A stretch of 64,000 bases of DNA from Geosiphon pyriformis uo1 (GCA_016748015.1 JAAOMT010000571.1:1305095-1369094), one strand, 5' to 3'; shown: positions 44,584 to 58,399, counted from the first letter of the stretch. Notes: generated from the letters alone by a model not told the origin. Numbers and translations are program-made.

Positions 44584-46660
44584 TGTTACTTATAGAAATT
44601 AGAAATTATAATAATAAGTAAAATAGCCAATTAGAAATAAATGTAATAAAAAGAAAAATTTTAGGATTTTTCTTGGAGAATTGCAGAATTCCAAAATTTT
44701 TGTTAAAAAAATTGAAAAATTTTAAGGAATTTTATATAATACAAATTATATATATATAATGAAAGTATTAAAAGCAAAAAAATGCAGACTCAGACAGTAT
44801 AGTAGTTAGCAATAATTACTTATCTTATACTTTTTTCTTTAAAAAATAGTTTTCTATGACTTAAAATAGAATTATTCTCATATTAATAAAATTATATATT
44901 ATTATTTAATCTATGTTATTATTACTTAATTAAAGAAATATTAATTACTTCTACACTATTAATACCTCATGTTAATAGAATCCAATACTTAATCACACTA
45001 GACCAATAGCTTTTGATTATGGCTATTGACAGAATATAAATTTTTTATTTTTTTTTGTTTTATTTCTTTGTTGTTTACTAATTGATTAAAGAAAATAAAT
45101 GCTAAGTATTTGATATCAAGAATAATCTGGTAAAAAACTCAGAAACAAAAATAGAAAACTTAAGAATAGCTTATCAAAAGAGCATAACTGCCAGAATAAA
45201 CTGCAATTATGCTGAAGAAAAAAATTCATAGAAGAAACTATTAATTAAATCTCTGTTTATTATACAAAGAACTTAACTAAAACTTTTAAACTCCAAAATT
45301 TTTAGAAATTACCAACATTCTCAGTTATTGAACATCAAGTTACAAATTTGTTATTTGTTCTAATACTCCAAATAATCATCTGTAATATTTAGTGTTTTTT
45401 GTAAGATATAATCTAACAAAGAACCAGTACCAACATTAATTATCTGGAAAAGTGACAGAATTAGAAGTAATAGGAACAAACCATTTAGAATTTGCCAAAT
45501 TTTTATTTTAACATTATCAAACTTATTTTAAACTAACAAGTAACTATTGGCCAACAGAATCAGTTTTTAATTTTTATGTTAATAAAAAAATTAAATCCTA
45601 CTTGAAAAACCAAAAAAATTCAGAAGCTGCTTTCAAAAATTTCTATAATAAATTATTTTAAAGCACCACACTTCCATAAAATCATTTGTTTATCTTATTA
45701 ATTACAAAGATAAATTGAGAAATTAAAAATTACAACCTCCAACAAAAACACCAAAGAAAATACAACTGTCTACTTGGAAGAAACCAAGAGTTGTTTCACC
45801 TATTTATCTGTCATACTATTATACACTAGAAAGTACTATCCACATATCATCCAGATTTACATCAATGTCAATGACAAAAACATCATTATTCAAAATACTG
45901 TTTCAAAATAATTAAGAGAAAGCCAAACTATTAGAAATCTACAGTAGTTTTTTTGAAGGATTTAAATTACAATTAACAATATTATTAAGACTTTGATCAC
46001 TGTTATTCTAATTAAATTTCGAATCTACTAATTGTTAAAAAGATATTAATTCAGAAGAAAAATAAGACAGCAATTAGAAAAATAATAATCAAAATCTAAT
46101 TCTAAATAACCCAAAAGTTTAAACTCTAATTGTTCAAATCTAGTTAAATCCAAACAATCCAAACCCAGCTTCTATTTTTTCAGAAAACTTATCTTTAGTT
46201 ATTCTGATTAATCTACCACCAATAGCACTAATTGTTATCTAACAACAATCACAACAACAACAATTATTACTTATATCAATGACATATACACCAATTGCCA
46301 AATTAGAAAAATTTACCAGCAAAAAAAACAACACCCAAGCATAATTAAACAACATAACAAAAGCTTTTCAAGCCATCCCATATTTTTTATAAGACACAAC
46401 TGACTTGTGGTACCAGAATTTTGTTAACAAACCTTAAAATTTTAATGTGTTTAAAACTGTGTTTTTACAATATTTCAGTAATTATAACAGTATTAATTGG
46501 TTATTAACTAGCTTTACCATCATTAAACAAAATAATACTAAAATAGTTACCACATATTTGGAACATTTTTATCGAAATCTGCATCAAATTTAGGCAATTA
46601 AAGCTAACTACTTTACAGTATTACAGCTCTTAAATCAATTTATTTATAGATTATATATGA
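44584..46660 (+). mobile_element. Truncated Gypsy element: 5' LTR (44584-45387), decayed PBS and gag remnant
   Basis: TGTTAC start, tgtaata end; LTR homologous to the reverse complement of 62639-63543; gag ghost PIAKLEKFTSK...YFS.YNSIN homologous to 61260-61650. Confidence 0.85.
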
Positions 46661-48718
46661 TGTAAACCATTTATAGTTATCAAACAATTTATATAATTTT
46701 AAATTGTATTTAGTTTTCCAATTTTAATAATATTAAAAAATTAAACTGTAAATATGATAAATTAAGTTCTTTTTTTTTACATTTATAGTTTAATTTTTTG
46801 AATTATATTATATTTTATAAAGTTATTAAAGTTTAAAATTAGCCACTTTTATTATTAATCTTTAATTTTCAAATGTTGATTAATCAGATTTTAGCCAATT
46901 AGCAATCATTAAAGTCATATTACTACATAATAAATCATTTAAGTATTATTATTTTTAAAAAAGCTTTTAATTAATATTAATCTAATCTTTAGATGATTAT
47001 TTTTTTATAAAAATATAATATTTTTCGATTTGTGTGTCTTTTGTTAATGACATAGCATCATTAATTATGAATATTCTATTTATATTACTACTATATTTGG
47101 TTGTTATTATCAAAACAAAAATCCAAATATTAATATTATTCACATCAGATACCAAAAAAATTATAAAACTACTATGAATAATTGTTAAAAAATTTGGAAA
47201 TGTTATTTGCACTCTATTTATAATTTTGTATTTCTTTTGATAAACATTGAAAACAACCAGTTTTGGTGCTAAAAACAGCAGATTTAAGACAAAAATTGAA
47301 ATAATTATAATATGATTGACTATTAGCCCAAGAATAATACTATAAACAAAATGTTTAATATTAAAAAATATTGCAAAAAATCAATTATTCATCTCAATTT
47401 CTATATCTTGAAGTAAAAGCATGGCTTAAAATTTATAAAAAAATTAATATATTAATTTTTTAATAAATAGATTTTGTAGTAAATTATAGATAATTTATGT
47501 TTTTTTGTAGTATTATATATTATAATATTTAAAGCACATGTTTCAAAGTAGGCAATACTATTTAATGGTTTAGTAGATGTCTTTAATTTGTTTTTATCCA
47601 TAGTTGAAAAAGTTTGCCAAATGCTTTTGTAAACACTATAATTGTTGACTTTTATGTAATTCTTAGATTTTTTTGTGTAGTAAGTTTAATATCTGTTTTG
47701 TTATTTGATGTTTGATCAATAATTTGCATTCTATTAAAGTTGGTTTTTTTTTCTATGTGCTTGTTTTCATTATGTAGATGCATTAGTTTAAGCAGATATA
47801 AGGTTTTTTCTGGAGATCTTAAAACAAAGTTTTCAAGATAAGTTAGGAGAACTGGATGAAATAATGTTGTAGTTGAAGATAATTGATCATATAACTTGAC
47901 TATTAAATTAGACAAAATATATAACTGGCTTATATTTGTATTATCCAAAACTCTAATCTTCAACTTTATTTTCTCAAATGTTCTATTCTGTATATACTAA
48001 TTTCTAAAAACATTTATTAACTTTTGTTATTATATAATAATATATAATAATAAAGATATAAATAAGAAAAAAATTTGTTTATTTCAAGTTTTTGACATAT
48101 AATCAATTGGTTTTTGATTAAAATATGCTGCATAAAAGAAACTAAGACAGATTCTGCTAAAAAACTTTTTATAATTTATGGTGTTAAATAGTGTATTATG
48201 TGTACTAATATAACTTTAAGCATAAAGAGAGATATTTTTTCAATTATTAATAGTAGCAAAAAATTTTAATGCTACCATATATGAAGATTCACATACATAG
48301 ATATCATTGTTATCAAATCATTTGAGATATTTTATAAATAAATTTTATGGAATTAAACTTACAGTAATTATATAACAATTTTAAAACAAATATTATACTT
48401 TGAACATAATTTTTATATACATAACATAATATTTTTCTACAATATCTTGTAATATATATTCTTTAATAACTGATGTTTTAAACACTTCTTTTTTGTAAAA
48501 TTTTAGAAATAGATTGTGTTCTGTTTAATAAGAGAAATAATTAAAAGTTTAAAAATTTAAAGCATAAGAATAGTATTCATAATTAAAAATTAACTTAATC
48601 AGATCTGAAAAAAAGAACTTGCAAATTATTTTTGCAATCTATAAAAGATAAAAAACAGTAAGCAACTTTGAAAATTTTGACCAGTATTATTTTTATTATA
48701 ATATAAATACTATTACAG

Positions 48719-50137
48719 TATTACTGGAAGATTTTCGCACTTTTCAATGCAAAAATTACAACACATACAATAGAAATTAACATCAAAATCATGTGAAAAA
48801 GATCTACATCATTGCACTTAATCAACAAAATCAGCTGGCAATCTGGAAATAAATGATCAGCAATCAATCTAATTACAACAAAGAAATATGGCACAATCCA
48901 ACAGTTTAACTAAGTTGAATATAAAGAAATCTTGGCAAACTAAGAAACACCAATGGAAATGAATGATTGATGTATATAATCAGATAACAACAGGTTTTGT
49001 TATGCTCCAAAATTTTCATATGTCCTTATTGAAACAATCTAACATTCTAGATCTGCAATTAATGGTTAAAAGTAGTTACCAAGAAATGTAATTAATTGAT
49101 CTATTTCTAATTATGTTGATCATAATTACAATTGGTATCATTGATTTACAATCAATGTTCGAGATCCAGCCATCTAAAATCTGATCATTTAAATTACTAG
49201 CTCTTGGATAAATAACAGGCCGAGTAAGTTCATCATAAATTGATTAATTAAATATATATAAATAATTGATGTATTTTAAATAATTATAATATAATATGTA
49301 GATCTGATGTAATTTAACTATATATACAGCCCTTCTGTTAGCTCAGAAAAGTATCAGTTCAATACTGAGCCAACTCTTCACTATAGTTTTATAGTGAGCA
49401 GTTAGTCCTTTCCTCTACTCCTTACATTTTCTTTCCTCTTTCTATGCTCTAAATACTTGTCATCACAATCTCAAATATGTCTTCCCATATTCCTTATCAC
49501 TATTTGGAATTACATTGTTTATAATCTTTTACTTACTTGTTATTACCATTTCAAGTTGTTCTATTACTTCTGATCTTTCAAATCATATGTTATCACCATT
49601 TCACATTAAGTCTTGTTTTACCGAACAAGTTGTTAAATATAAAAATAAGTAATTAAGTATCACATTATTAGAGAGTGGTCTTAACAATAAAAAGTTTAAG
49701 CAAAATCTATTTCAGTTATGTTTGACTTTCATAATTCCTTTTATAATTCCTATAACTTTGTTTTCAAAGTGGTCATTTAAATACCATACTCTTTTGACAA
49801 CTAATTGAAAAAATTCTGGTTACATATTTCTTTGAGTAGTTGGTTTCACTCCTTGTTGCTGGTTGCATTTCTGATACATATAAAGAGATGTAACTTCTCT
49901 TTTCCTCTTTTCAAATACCTAAGACTGGTTTTTGCCCAAAAACAAATAATAATGACAATACTTTCTTTCACTTTTAATAATCTTATCATATACCCCTTTT
50001 GCTCTCCCATCTACTAAAATAGTCTATACACCCATAATATGCTATAGTCAGTAGTATAATCATGGTAATGTGTGTTCCAAGTGAAAGTTATTGTTATTGC
50101 TAAAAAGTTACAAATCCATAGCTTTCACCTAGTAACA
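48719..50137. mobile_element. Solo LTR-like insertion (1419 bp) with 4-bp TSD ACAG
   Basis: Termini TATTACTGG...CTAGTAACA; ACAG at 48715-48718 and 50138-50141; removal restores the host LTR end tattacaggtaattatttg (compare tgttacaggtgattatttg at 62639). Confidence 0.85.
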
Positions 50138-50395
50138 ACAGGTAATTATTTGGAGTGTTAATACTAATAACAAATCTGTAACTTGATGTTTAATAGCTGG
50201 TATGATTGAATAATATCTAAAGATTTTGGTATCTGAAGGTTTTGGTTGAGTCTTTTGTATAATGAACAGAGATTCAATAGTAATATCTTTTTGTGATGTT
50301 TTTAATTTTTCTCCAATCTTTAAGTTAGTATGCATTGTTGTCTGTAGTCTCCCAAAAAATTCTTCTGTCAATTTTTTTCTTAGCTTGATGGCCAG

Positions 50396-53300
50396 TATTA
50401 TTCAAGTAAAAAAACCAATCCAAAGTTATAAAAAAAATATAACCAAAAACATAACAACATAAAATAACACAGAATAATGTAAAAGAACACAGAATAACAT
50501 ATAATAACTCAGGATAATATAATACAAAACTTAATAATATATTATAGCATAAAATAATTAGTTGAAACATAAAATAACTAGTAATAATGTAAAAAAATAA
50601 AGTGATAACAAAAATAGTAAAGCAATAATTAGCAAGAATAAAACAATTAAAAAACAATTCTATAGAACAAAAAAATATATAAAAACGAATAGTTGTAGAA
50701 GTTAGAAAGATAGCAAAAAAAGAATCAATTTTTTTTCTTATAATTATTACATCTTATGAAAAATAAAGAATTTATTTGAAACCTAAAATCATTAATACAT
50801 GGTTATCAACCATTCTGTGTTCCTCTTAAACTAATTACTGTTTTGTACTTTCATTCTGGAACAGATGTTCTTAGCATAAATATCTCAAACTATTAATGAT
50901 TTGGACCAATTACTTTTGATTACAGTAATTGATAATACTAATTTATTTTCTTTTATTTTTTTTTTATTTTCTTTTGTTTTGTTTTATTTTATTTTCTTTT
51001 ATTCTTTTTTGTGAAGTGGCAACATAAAAAACTTGACTGTCTGGAAATAAACTTTGTGATAGCCTGGTAAAAAAGAGAAGCTTTTTTTAAGTTTGAATAT
51101 TAACATTATCTTGATAACTTATTAGAAGAGCAAAAAAACATCATTAAATCCTAATGACTATACTTATTAGCTTAAAAAAGATAGCTCACATTTACAACAA
51201 AAGTTGCAAAATACAAAAGTAAAAACTCTGTGTCTTATAACCAAAGAACTCCATAGGTAAATACACATTCAAAGAAAGACCTTCAAAGACTAATAATGAG
51301 AACCAGCCATATCACAAAGACCATTTAAAGTCTTTATTACTCAAATTAAAGCACCAAACATTATTACCATACTCCACCAAGTTTATCTGTAACATTTGGT
51401 GCTTTCTGTAAAGTTATAAAATCCACAGAAATTTACAAAAGTAACAGACCAAAAAAAAACAAAAGAAAAATTACTTAAGATTTGCAAAATTCTTATTTTA
51501 ATATTTTTTTTAAAAAACTTGTTAAATTAAAATGCCAATTATTTAAGATCTGATCATTAAAACTCCAAACATTTGAAAATTATTGTTAATAAACTCATTA
51601 AAACTTGTTAAAATTAAAACTTTAATTATTTAAAACCTGATCATTAAAACCCCAAACATTTGAAACTTATCTTTGATAAATTTGTTAAAAAATCATTAAA
51701 ATTAAAACTCTGATTATTCAAAACTTGATTATTAAAACCCCAAACATTCGAAAATTACCATTAATAAACTTATTAAAACTTGTTAAATTAAAAACTCTGA
51801 TTATTCAAAAACCTGATCATTAAAACTTCAAACATTCGAAACTTATCTTTAATAAATTTGTTAAAAACTTGTTAAATTAAAAACTCTGATTATTTAAGAC
51901 CTGATTGTTAAAACTCTGAACATTCAAAACTTATTTTTAATAAACTTATTAAAACTCATTAAATTAAAATTCCAATTATTTAAGATCTGATTATTCAAAA
52001 ACCCAAATATTCAAAACCTAATAATTCTAACTTTACTATTGTACAAAAAAACTTACCATCAATAAAACTCATTAAACCTTTAACAATTCAAACCTCAAAA
52101 ATTATTTAAAAACCCAAACATTCGAAGTTTGATAAATTTCAAACTCTGCTATTATACAAGAAAACTTACCAATAAAACCTAATTTTCACAGTACCAATAA
52201 ATCAGCAAAACTTACCTAACAGTCCTAAGTCAGAATATTAGAATGTAGTTACAATCTACTTCCATGCATCATATATTCTAAAAAGAGCCAATTAGCAAGA
52301 ACAAAAGAAAATCAGAATTAGAACTTAATCTTAATTCAAACTCTACTAATAACAGCAATAATTTAAACTTTATTAATAATAACAACAATTCAAACTTTGC
52401 TAATAACAACAACAATTTAAACTCTGTTTCAAACACCAAACAATATATTACATTTTTAGATCTTTTAATAGAGCAAAAATTAACTTAATTTAGTAACAAT
52501 AATAAGGGCATTATGTTTAAACATGCACATAATACAGATACAAGATTTGAACTTAAATATTTTGGACAGACCACTTTAGTTAAAAACTCCAGTTACATAT
52601 GAAATTAAATTTAAAAATAGCAATAGAAATTACAGTTAACAACATAGAACAAATAACAAATAGACAATTTAGAGACCTACAAAAAACAATACTCAATGCT
52701 ACAATCAAATACTACATAAAGAACACAAATTTTACAGATAAATACAATTTTGTAGAAGCTTAATTTTAAAAAAAAAAATAATATTACCCAAATAGAAAAA
52801 CTAATTCAAAGTTATAAAAAAAATGTGACCAAAAATATGATGACATAAAATAATACAAGATAATACAAAAAACACAGAATAATATGTAATAACTTAAGAT
52901 AACATAATATAAAACTTAATAATATATTATAGCACAAAATAACTAGTTGAAACATAAAATAATTAGTAATAATATAGAAGAACAAAGTGATAACAGAAAT
53001 AGCAAAGCAATAGTTGGCAAGAATAAAACAATTAAAAAGCAATCCTCTAAAACAAAAAAATGTATAAAAACAAGTAGTTGTAGAAGTTAGAAAAATAGCA
53101 AAAAAAAATCAATTTTCTTTTTTTATAATTATTACATCTTATAAAAAATAAAATTTTTTTTTAAAATCTGAAATCATCAATACATGGTTATTAATTATTC
53201 CATGTTCCTCTTAAATTAATTATTGTTTCATACTTTTATTCTAGAACAGATGCTTTTAGCATAAACACATCAAATTATTAATAACTTAGACTAATTACTT

Positions 53301-53767
53301 TTAATTATAGTGATTAATGATACTAATTTATTTATTTTTATTTTTTTTTATTTTTATTTTATTTATTTTATTTTATTCTCTTTTGTGGAGTGACAACATA
53401 GAAAAATTAATTGTCTGAGAATAAACTTCATAATAGTCTGATAAAAAAGAAAAGCTCCTCTTAAGTTTGGATATTAACATTATTTTAGTAGCTTACCAGA
53501 AGAGCAAAAAAACACTGCCAGACCTTAATAGCTGTGCTTATTAGCTCAAAAAAAATAGCTTACATTTACATAAAAGTTGTAAAATACGAAAATAAAAACT
53601 CTGTGCTTTATAACCAAAGAACTTCACAGGTAAATACACATCTAAAAAAAGACTTTTAGAGATTGATAATAAGAACCAGTCATATCACAAAGACTGTTTA
53701 AAGCCTTTATCACTTAAATTAGAGCACCAAATATTATCACTATATTCTATTAAGTTTATCCATAATA
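50396..53767 (+). mobile_element. Non-autonomous LTR retroelement (LTRs 50396-51394 and 52782-53767), TSD CCAG
   Basis: Two ~1-kb direct repeats; PBS tggtgctttctg at 51397; A-rich PPT before 52782; CCAG at 50392-50395 and 53768-53771; 1.39-kb internal region without RT or integrase. Confidence 0.92.
51515..52015 (+). repeat. Tandem array of ~5.5 units of ~87-90 bp
   Basis: Unit aaaacttgttaaattaaaactctgattattcaaaacctgatcattaaaaccccaaacattcgaaa... repeated head to tail with two alternating tail variants. Confidence 0.9.
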
Positions 53768-55319
53768 CCAGTTTCCTAGTAAGCTATCTTCAAATTCTGA
53801 GTGTCTATTCTTATTTCTGGGTTTTTTACCAGTTTTTTTAATGTCAATAATTCTGAACATTTAATTCTTCAATCAATTAGCAAACAATATAACAAAAAAA
53901 ATAAAGAAAAAATAAAAGGAAAATAAAATAAAAAATTAATATCTTGTCAATAGTCATAATTAAGAGCTATTGTTCTAATATGGTTAAGTATTGGATGTTA
54001 TTAACATGAAATATTAATAAATAGAAGAATAATTAAATTCCCAATCAAATAATAATAACATGAATTGGATGATAATAAGTAGATTTTTATTGAATATTTT
54101 AATGAATTTACTTTAGTTGATAGTAACTATCCATAAAGTAAGAGTTATTTAATAGATAAAAAATGGGATGCTAAATTGAAACTAAACTGAATTTTCTCTT
54201 TTCTTGCTTCTAATGTTACTGCTATATATATATAGTTAGTGTTATATAAAATTTTTGGAATTTTGTAATTCTTTCAGAAGAATTCTGAAATTCTGGAATT
54301 TTGGAATCCTACAATTCTTTACAAAGAATTCTGGAATTCTGGAATTCTAGAATCTTGCAATTTTTCTGTTACTACACCTATTTCTAATTGGCTATTTTTA
54401 TAATACCCTAATTTTTATGAATAATATTATTCCTTCTTTTTTAATATTGAATTCTGTTAAAATCTTCTAAACTTTCTAGATTTATTTTTTAAATCAGCTT
54501 TATAACTTCTTTTTCCAAAATTGTTTTTGTAATTTTTGTTTGCAATTCTTCAAATTAAGCATTAGTTAATTTTTCTAATTGATTAATGATTACTGTATCT
54601 ATTGTTAAGTGTAGTAATATTTCTAGTTTGTCTTGAAATTCTATTTGTAATTGATAAATGGCTTTTACATATGTGAATAAATTGTTTTTTCTAACAAGTT
54701 GTTCAATTTGTTATAGTCAAATTGGATTAAATTTTTTTTTTGTTTTGTCAGTATATAAATTTTTAATACTTAACTGTTGCCTCAACTAATAGTAACAAAA
54801 GTTCTTTGAATTTTGTTGTATTTATTGGTTTTAATTTTTTAAGATCAATTTTTCTTTTGGTATTGCTATTCTTGGGTCTTTTAGTGTCTTTTCTATTTTT
54901 TCTATTATTTTATCTATAATATTTCCAGAAGTATGGCATTTAGAATATTGCTCTTTGGTTTGATTTTTTTGCATTATTTTTTTGTTCTTGTATTGTATTA
55001 TGTGTTTATTGATAATAACTTCTAGGCTTGATTTCTGTTGTTGAATTAATTGTAATAGTTGTTGTGTAAGTGAGTAGATGTTGTTGGTGATTTCCATTTT
55101 TTCTTGTTGTTTCTGTTATATATGTTAGTTTTTTATATACTGTTATAGTAAATTACTTTGATGTGTTTGTTTCAATAATGATAATTGAGTCTAGATTTCA
55201 TGAAATCTTATCTGGTTAGACTAGTATTTTTTGTACTCCCAGTTGTAGAATATTATTGGTAAATAATGATGTTATATTGTGATATGGTTTTAATTAATCT
55301 CCATGTGCTGTTTTAGCTA

Positions 55320-57850
55320 AGATTTTATTGTTTTATCTTAGTTTATAAGCTTTATTTTTTAGAATTTTTTTAATGTGAAATGGTTCATTCTATTTGAGGT
55401 CGAATTTTCTACTCCATGTTTTTCCACTTTGGTACAATGTAAAAGTACTTTGTTTTCAATCTTGAATTCAACTGGTTTATCTAATAATTGGTTATATTGT
55501 CATTTTTTTTGTTTTTTTTGTGATCTTTGAATGTTATTAGCTGCTCTTTGTCTTTTGTTTTTTAACATTTTTATTAAGTTATATGTTCTTCTCAACAATG
55601 TTTTCTGGAAGTTAACTTTTGTTATTGGTTTTATTAAATATGTGTTGATGTTTATTTCAACTGGTAATATTGCTGTTCTACTATAAACAAGTTTAAATAA
55701 TGTTGTTTGTGTAGTATCTTGCTTTATTGTCTAATAAGCAAATAATACTAATAGTATAAACAAATTCCATTCATTCTGGTTTTTTTGGCTGATTTTTGCT
55801 ATTGCTTTACACAATATTCTGTTGAACTTTTCTACTAAGCCATTTGTTTGTAGATAATATAAGGATAATAATGGTTTTTTGATCTTAAATTTTTGACTTA
55901 ATTTTGTTAATGTTTTGTTTACAAAGTGAGTTTCTTAATCAGATAATAATTTTTTTGGACATCCATATTAACAAATCAAGTCTTGGTGGACAAATTTGGC
56001 TACAGATTCTGCATCTGCTCTTTGAATTGTTTTTGCTTTTGGCCATTTTGTAAGATAGTTCATAGCTATTGCTATGTACTTATTGCCTTTACTAATTATT
56101 ATTAATGATCCAACTAAGTCAATTTTAATTTGATCAAATAGTTGTCTCACTTTAATTGGTTTTAGTGGTTCACTGAGTTTTGTTCCTTCTCTTTTTTGAC
56201 AAGCATTACAATTTTGAATGTATTAAATAATGTTTGAATACATAGATGACCAATAGTATCTTTTTCTGGTTTTTTTTATGGTTGCTTCTTTATGAAAATA
56301 TCCTGCTGTTGGATCTGAGTACATGTTAAATAGTATTGTTTTTTCTTTGATTTTGTAATTATTCTGAGTGGTTGATTTGGATATTTTCTGTTCTTCTAAT
56401 ATAATATATCTTGGTAAGTAATAAAATATTTTGATTGTTGTTTTATGTTGTTTTGTTTCTTTTGAAATAATTTTTTCTAAAACTGTTGAGTATTAATATA
56501 ATATTAGAGTTATTAATATTTTTGTGTATTTATCTTTTGTTATATTTTTGAGTTGAAATGTTCTTAGATTTGTTTTATTTATGACAAATCATCAACATTT
56601 CTGTTTTCTTTATCTTTTTTATAATGTACTGTATAATTAAATGGTGATAGTTTTATTTTCCATCTTGCATAGTAGTTGTCTTCAAATTCTTGCTTTTGGA
56701 TTAATGTTAATTTTTTGTAATTAGTGTATACATTAAAATTTTGACTCAAATATTCTTTCTATTTTATAACAACTCAATAGATAGTTAAATATTCTAATGC
56801 TAAAGTTCTATAGTTCTTTTCAATTAGGCTTAAGCTTCAGCTGGGATATATTACTAAGTGTTTTTTTTTATCTGGTTTTTTTTGAAATAATATGGCTCCT
56901 AATGCTTAACTTAATACATTGGTAGTAATAATGAATAACTTGCTGTGATCTGAATAAATTAGTACTAGTGCTTGAATAAGCTTTTTTCTTAAGATGTTAA
57001 AAGCTTTTTGTTGGGTCTCAGTCTATTTATATTTCACATTTTTTGCTTGGAGCTGGTAAAGTGGTTAAGCCAATTTGGAGAATTTTTGAATAAAGTGGTA
57101 ATAGTATTCAGCAAATTCCAAGAATGCTTTTAATTCCATAAGATTTGTTAGTACCAAAAAGTTTTTAAAAATCTTAATTTTGTCTGGATCTGTTTTAATG
57201 CTGTTTTTGCTCATAATATGTCCTAAAAATTTCAGTTTTGTTTTGCCAAAGAAGCACTTGTTTGTGTTTAGTTTCAATCTGGCTCTTTTTAATTTTTCAA
57301 ACACTTATTAGAGATAATAGAGATAATCATTAAATGTCTTAAAAAACACATTGGTATTATCTAAATACATGACTACTAATTTTTATAGTAATTCAGTGTA
57401 AACAATTTTCATAAGCCATTGAAATATGGCTGGTATGTTGGTTAGTCCAAAAAGCATAACATCAAACTCAAAATTTCCTTCTCTAATTATAAATATGGTC
57501 TTTTCCTTATCTTTTGGTTTTATGGCTACTTGTTAGTACCCACTGTCTAGATTCAATATTGAAAACTATTTTTTTCCTCCAAATGCATTGAATAGTTCTT
57601 AAATTCGTGAAGTTAAATAGCTGTTTCTCTAAGTCACACTATTAAGCTTTTTGTAATTCACACAAAAGTGGATTTTTTCATTTTTCTTCTGGATTAATAC
57701 TATTGATAATGACTATGGACTCATTAATAGTTGAATTAATCTGTTGTTCAATATTCTATTGATTTCTTGTTAAATGATTTTATGGCTTGTTGATGGTACT
57801 CAATATGCTTATTGTTTAATTGGTATAGTATCTTCAGTTTTGATCTGATA
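55320..57850 (-). pseudogene. Gypsy RT-RNase H-integrase region
   Basis: YLDN (from YLDD) 57367-57356; KCFFGKTKLKFLGH; AFLEFAEYY.HFIQKFS; integrase HSDPTAG...CNACQK, IKIDLVG, YLTKWP, NGLVEKFNR, decayed GPF motif ~55380. Confidence 0.92.
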
Positions 57851-58399
57851 TTAGATGATATCAGTTCTGCCAAATTCGTTTTTACTGGCAAAAATGTTAG
57901 TAAAATTATTGAGTAGTATTTTAAGCTGTATATGTTGAAGTGGGTCTAAGTTTTCCAAGTTTATTTGGTCCAATTGTTTTGGTTAGAGCAAATAATATTC
58001 TTTTCATCCATATATTGTTTGTGATGTAATATCCACATATCTGTACAATTGTAGAAAATCTAAAATAGTGTTTGGTGGTTGGTTTTTAATTTTAGTGTTC
58101 AAATATTCAATAGTAATTTCACTTGATATTTTAATAGTGTTTTTAGTTGTATTGTAGATAGAAATTTTAATGTACTTACAGTTCTTAGCCAGTATATAGA
58201 AATTGGTAATTCTAATCTTTTTTGATTCACAAATAGTTGGTTTTACTTCAAAAATCTGGGGCTGATTTTTTATTTTCCTTTCTATTACTAACATATACTG
58301 GTTATATGGTGAAATAGAAACTGATTCATTGGTGGAAATAATTTCTTCTTTATCAATAGTTTTTTCTTCTGTTATATTGACTGGTATATCTATTTTACT

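Noticed and set aside
50325-50657. Hydrophobic membrane-protein-like ORFs (also 52812-53042)
   Set aside because: Antisense reading of A-rich LTR sequence; the hydrophobicity comes from T-richness.
51515-52015. CRISPR-like array
   Set aside because: Units repeat over their whole length with no unique spacers; eukaryotic context inside an LTR element; no cas genes.
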